A stretch of DNA of 64,000 nt from Lama guanicoe. Taxonomy: Eukaryota. The DNA is taken from positions 9,041,220-9,105,219 of the forward strand of contig MU054323.1 in the NCBI GenBank assembly GCA_013239625.1, read 5' to 3'. Position numbers and translations under genes: made by a program. The notes beneath the pieces are model-generated. The model made no database searches and was not told where the DNA came from. It was given only the letters and a program-made list of their open reading frames with translations. This document shows positions 61,960-64,000 of this stretch, piece by piece (within the stretch, counting starts at the first letter, position 1; each line of letters opens with the position of its first letter).

Positions 61960-62460
61960 GATTCTTCCTTACATCATATGTAAAATTAAATTCCAGGTAG
62001 ATTCAAGGCTTGAATGTAATAAATGAAACAGTGACATAGTATGAAAATTTAGATGAATATCTGAACATTCCCAGGTAAGGAAGCCAGTAAACCCAAAAGA
62101 CATAATGAAAGTAAACAGATTTTAATTTTTAAAAATTAAAAAAATGTATCTCCAAAGACACTGTAAATAAAGTCAAATGAAAAAGCACAAATTTGGTGAA
62201 AATTCTTGTAATACATATGGTACATTTCTAATCTCAAATAACACCTCCAAATTGCTGGGAAAAAGACAAATCCAGGATAAAAATGGACAGAAGATATAGG
62301 TCTGTAATTTCAGAAAGGGAAATGTAAATTGCCAGTAAACATGAAAAGAAGCTAAATTATTAGCAAAGAAAATGCAAATTAAAATAATCTTTTTTACCTA
62401 TCAGATTGATAAAATTTGTTTTACATACTCCTATTGACTAGTGGGATATTTGACTACAGA
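61960..62460 (+). mobile_element. Very old L1 ORF2 remnant
   Basis: aaaattaaattccaggtagattcaaggcttgaatgtaa...gccagtaaacatgaaaagaagc...aaaatgcaaattaaaa. Confidence 0.65.
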
Positions 62461-62724
62461 CAAGATTTTTTAAGAAAGTTTAAAATTATTGTACCTGTAT
62501 CTGAAAAGATTATTGAAACGACTTAAATCGTTTCCCACTATAGCTAAAGCCAGGGGAACAGTTCTTGATAGAACTATGTGGCTAGGAGCTTTATTTTGGC
62601 AATAGTGATTTTCACAACTTAATTTACATTCATTCTCAGTGCTACACATTGTGTTGATAGAGACAGCAAAGGCAAGTCCTTCCTGTATCAAAAATAAGGG
62701 GTTTTTCCATAAAGAAAACTCCAG

Positions 62725-64000
62725 GCTATATGACTTCACTGGAGAATTCTAGCAAATGTTTAAGTAAGAAATAAAACTAATTCTACACAAATTCTTTCAG
62801 AAAATAGAAGAGTCAAGGGAACACTTCCCAAATCATTTTATAAGGTCAGCATTTATTTCTGTGATACCAAAACTAGACAATGACATTAGAAGGAAAAAAA
62901 AATTAGGATCTCTCATGAATATAAATGCCAAAACCTTAAAAAATTTTAGCAAATTATATATATATCATGACCAAGTAGGGTCTATTCCAGGAATGCAAGA
63001 TTGGTCGTTTGCTTATATGTGGAATCTAAAAAAAAAGATACAAATGAACTTATTTGCAAAACAGAAATAGATTCACAGACATAAAAAACAAACTTATTAC
63101 CAGGGGGGAAGGGGGGAGAGATAAAGTAGGAGTTTGGAATTAACATATACACACTAATATATATAAAATAGATAACCAACAAGGACCTACTGCATAGCAC
63201 AAGGGACTATATTCAATATCTTGTAGTAACCTATAATGGAAAATAATATGAAAAAGGATATATATATACACACACACACACCCCCATAATAACTAAATCA
63301 CTTTGCTGTACACTTGAAACTAACACATTGTAAATCAACTATAATTCAATTAAAAAACCCTAAATATAACTGAAAAAATGTTGTTCAATACATCAAAAAC
63401 CTCATGATAATTCCAGTAGAAGCAGAAACAGCATCTGACAAAATTCTATATCCATTCATAATAAAAAATCAGTCAATTTGGAACAGAGGTATAACTTGAT
63501 CTTCTTGACAAAGAATATGAAAAATCTACAGTTAACATCATACTTAATGAGAAAGACTGAATGCTTTCCCCCTCATATTGGAAATAAATCAAGGATTTAG
63601 TCTCAATACTTCTATTCAACATCATACTGGATTGTCTTGCCAGTGTGATAAGACAGGAAAAAGAAAGAAAAGGTATACAGATTTGAAAGGAAGAAGTAAA
63701 ACTCCTTCTTTGTAGATGGCTTGATCATCTTTGTAGAAAATCCTAAGAAATCTAGCTAAACTACTAGGAATAGTAGGTTTAGCAAGGTAATAGGATACAA
63801 GGCCAGTATTAAAAATCAATTTTATTCCTATATACCAGCAATGAACAGTAAGAAATTAAAATTATCAAAGCAATACTATAGAAAATATGATGCCAATTCT
63901 CCCTAACCTGACCTATAGAGTCAATGCAATTCCAGTAAGAATCCTAGATGGAAATTTTTAGAAATTGGCAAGCTGAGTGTAAAATTTATGTGGAAGTACA
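62725..64000 (+). mobile_element. L1 ORF2 (reverse transcriptase region) remnant, interrupted by a younger L1 3' end at ~63010-63357
   Basis: RT-region DNA (ttcactggagaattctagcaaatgttta; gtgataccaaaactagacaa; aagactgaatgctttcccc; tattcaacatcatactgga). The nested 3' end reads gcttatatgtggaatctaaaaaaaaagatacaaatgaacttatttgcaaaacagaaatagattcacagac...aactataattcaattaaaaaa. Confidence 0.85.

Overview
Mammalian genomic DNA, very probably from a camelid (Camelus/Vicugna/Lama), judged by a Vic-1-type tRNA-derived SINE and matching young L1 3' ends. It holds the complete four-exon MRPL33 gene (+; CDS 49496-49517, 50403-50421, 52152-52258, 57574-57623; 65 aa) with its CpG-island promoter, and the last coding exon of RBKS (ribokinase; -, 59551-59724) converging on it. 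From recalled human synteny (SLC4A1AP-MRPL33-RBKS-BABAM2, 2p23), the first ~49 kb is the intergenic stretch upstream of MRPL33. That stretch has no protein I recognise. It contains a 5'-truncated HNRNPD (AUF1) processed pseudogene with target-site duplications, two CpG-rich islets, several candidate enhancers and orphan splice-site pairs, and many old repeats (L1, L2, MIR, MER5A, MER53, MaLR/MER21 LTRs). Nearly all ORFs in the supplied track are spurious or repeat-derived. I found no convincing new biological system; the best leads are speculative unannotated spliced transcripts and a miR-1302-like MER53 hairpin. Repeat boundaries and subfamily names were read by eye and are approximate.
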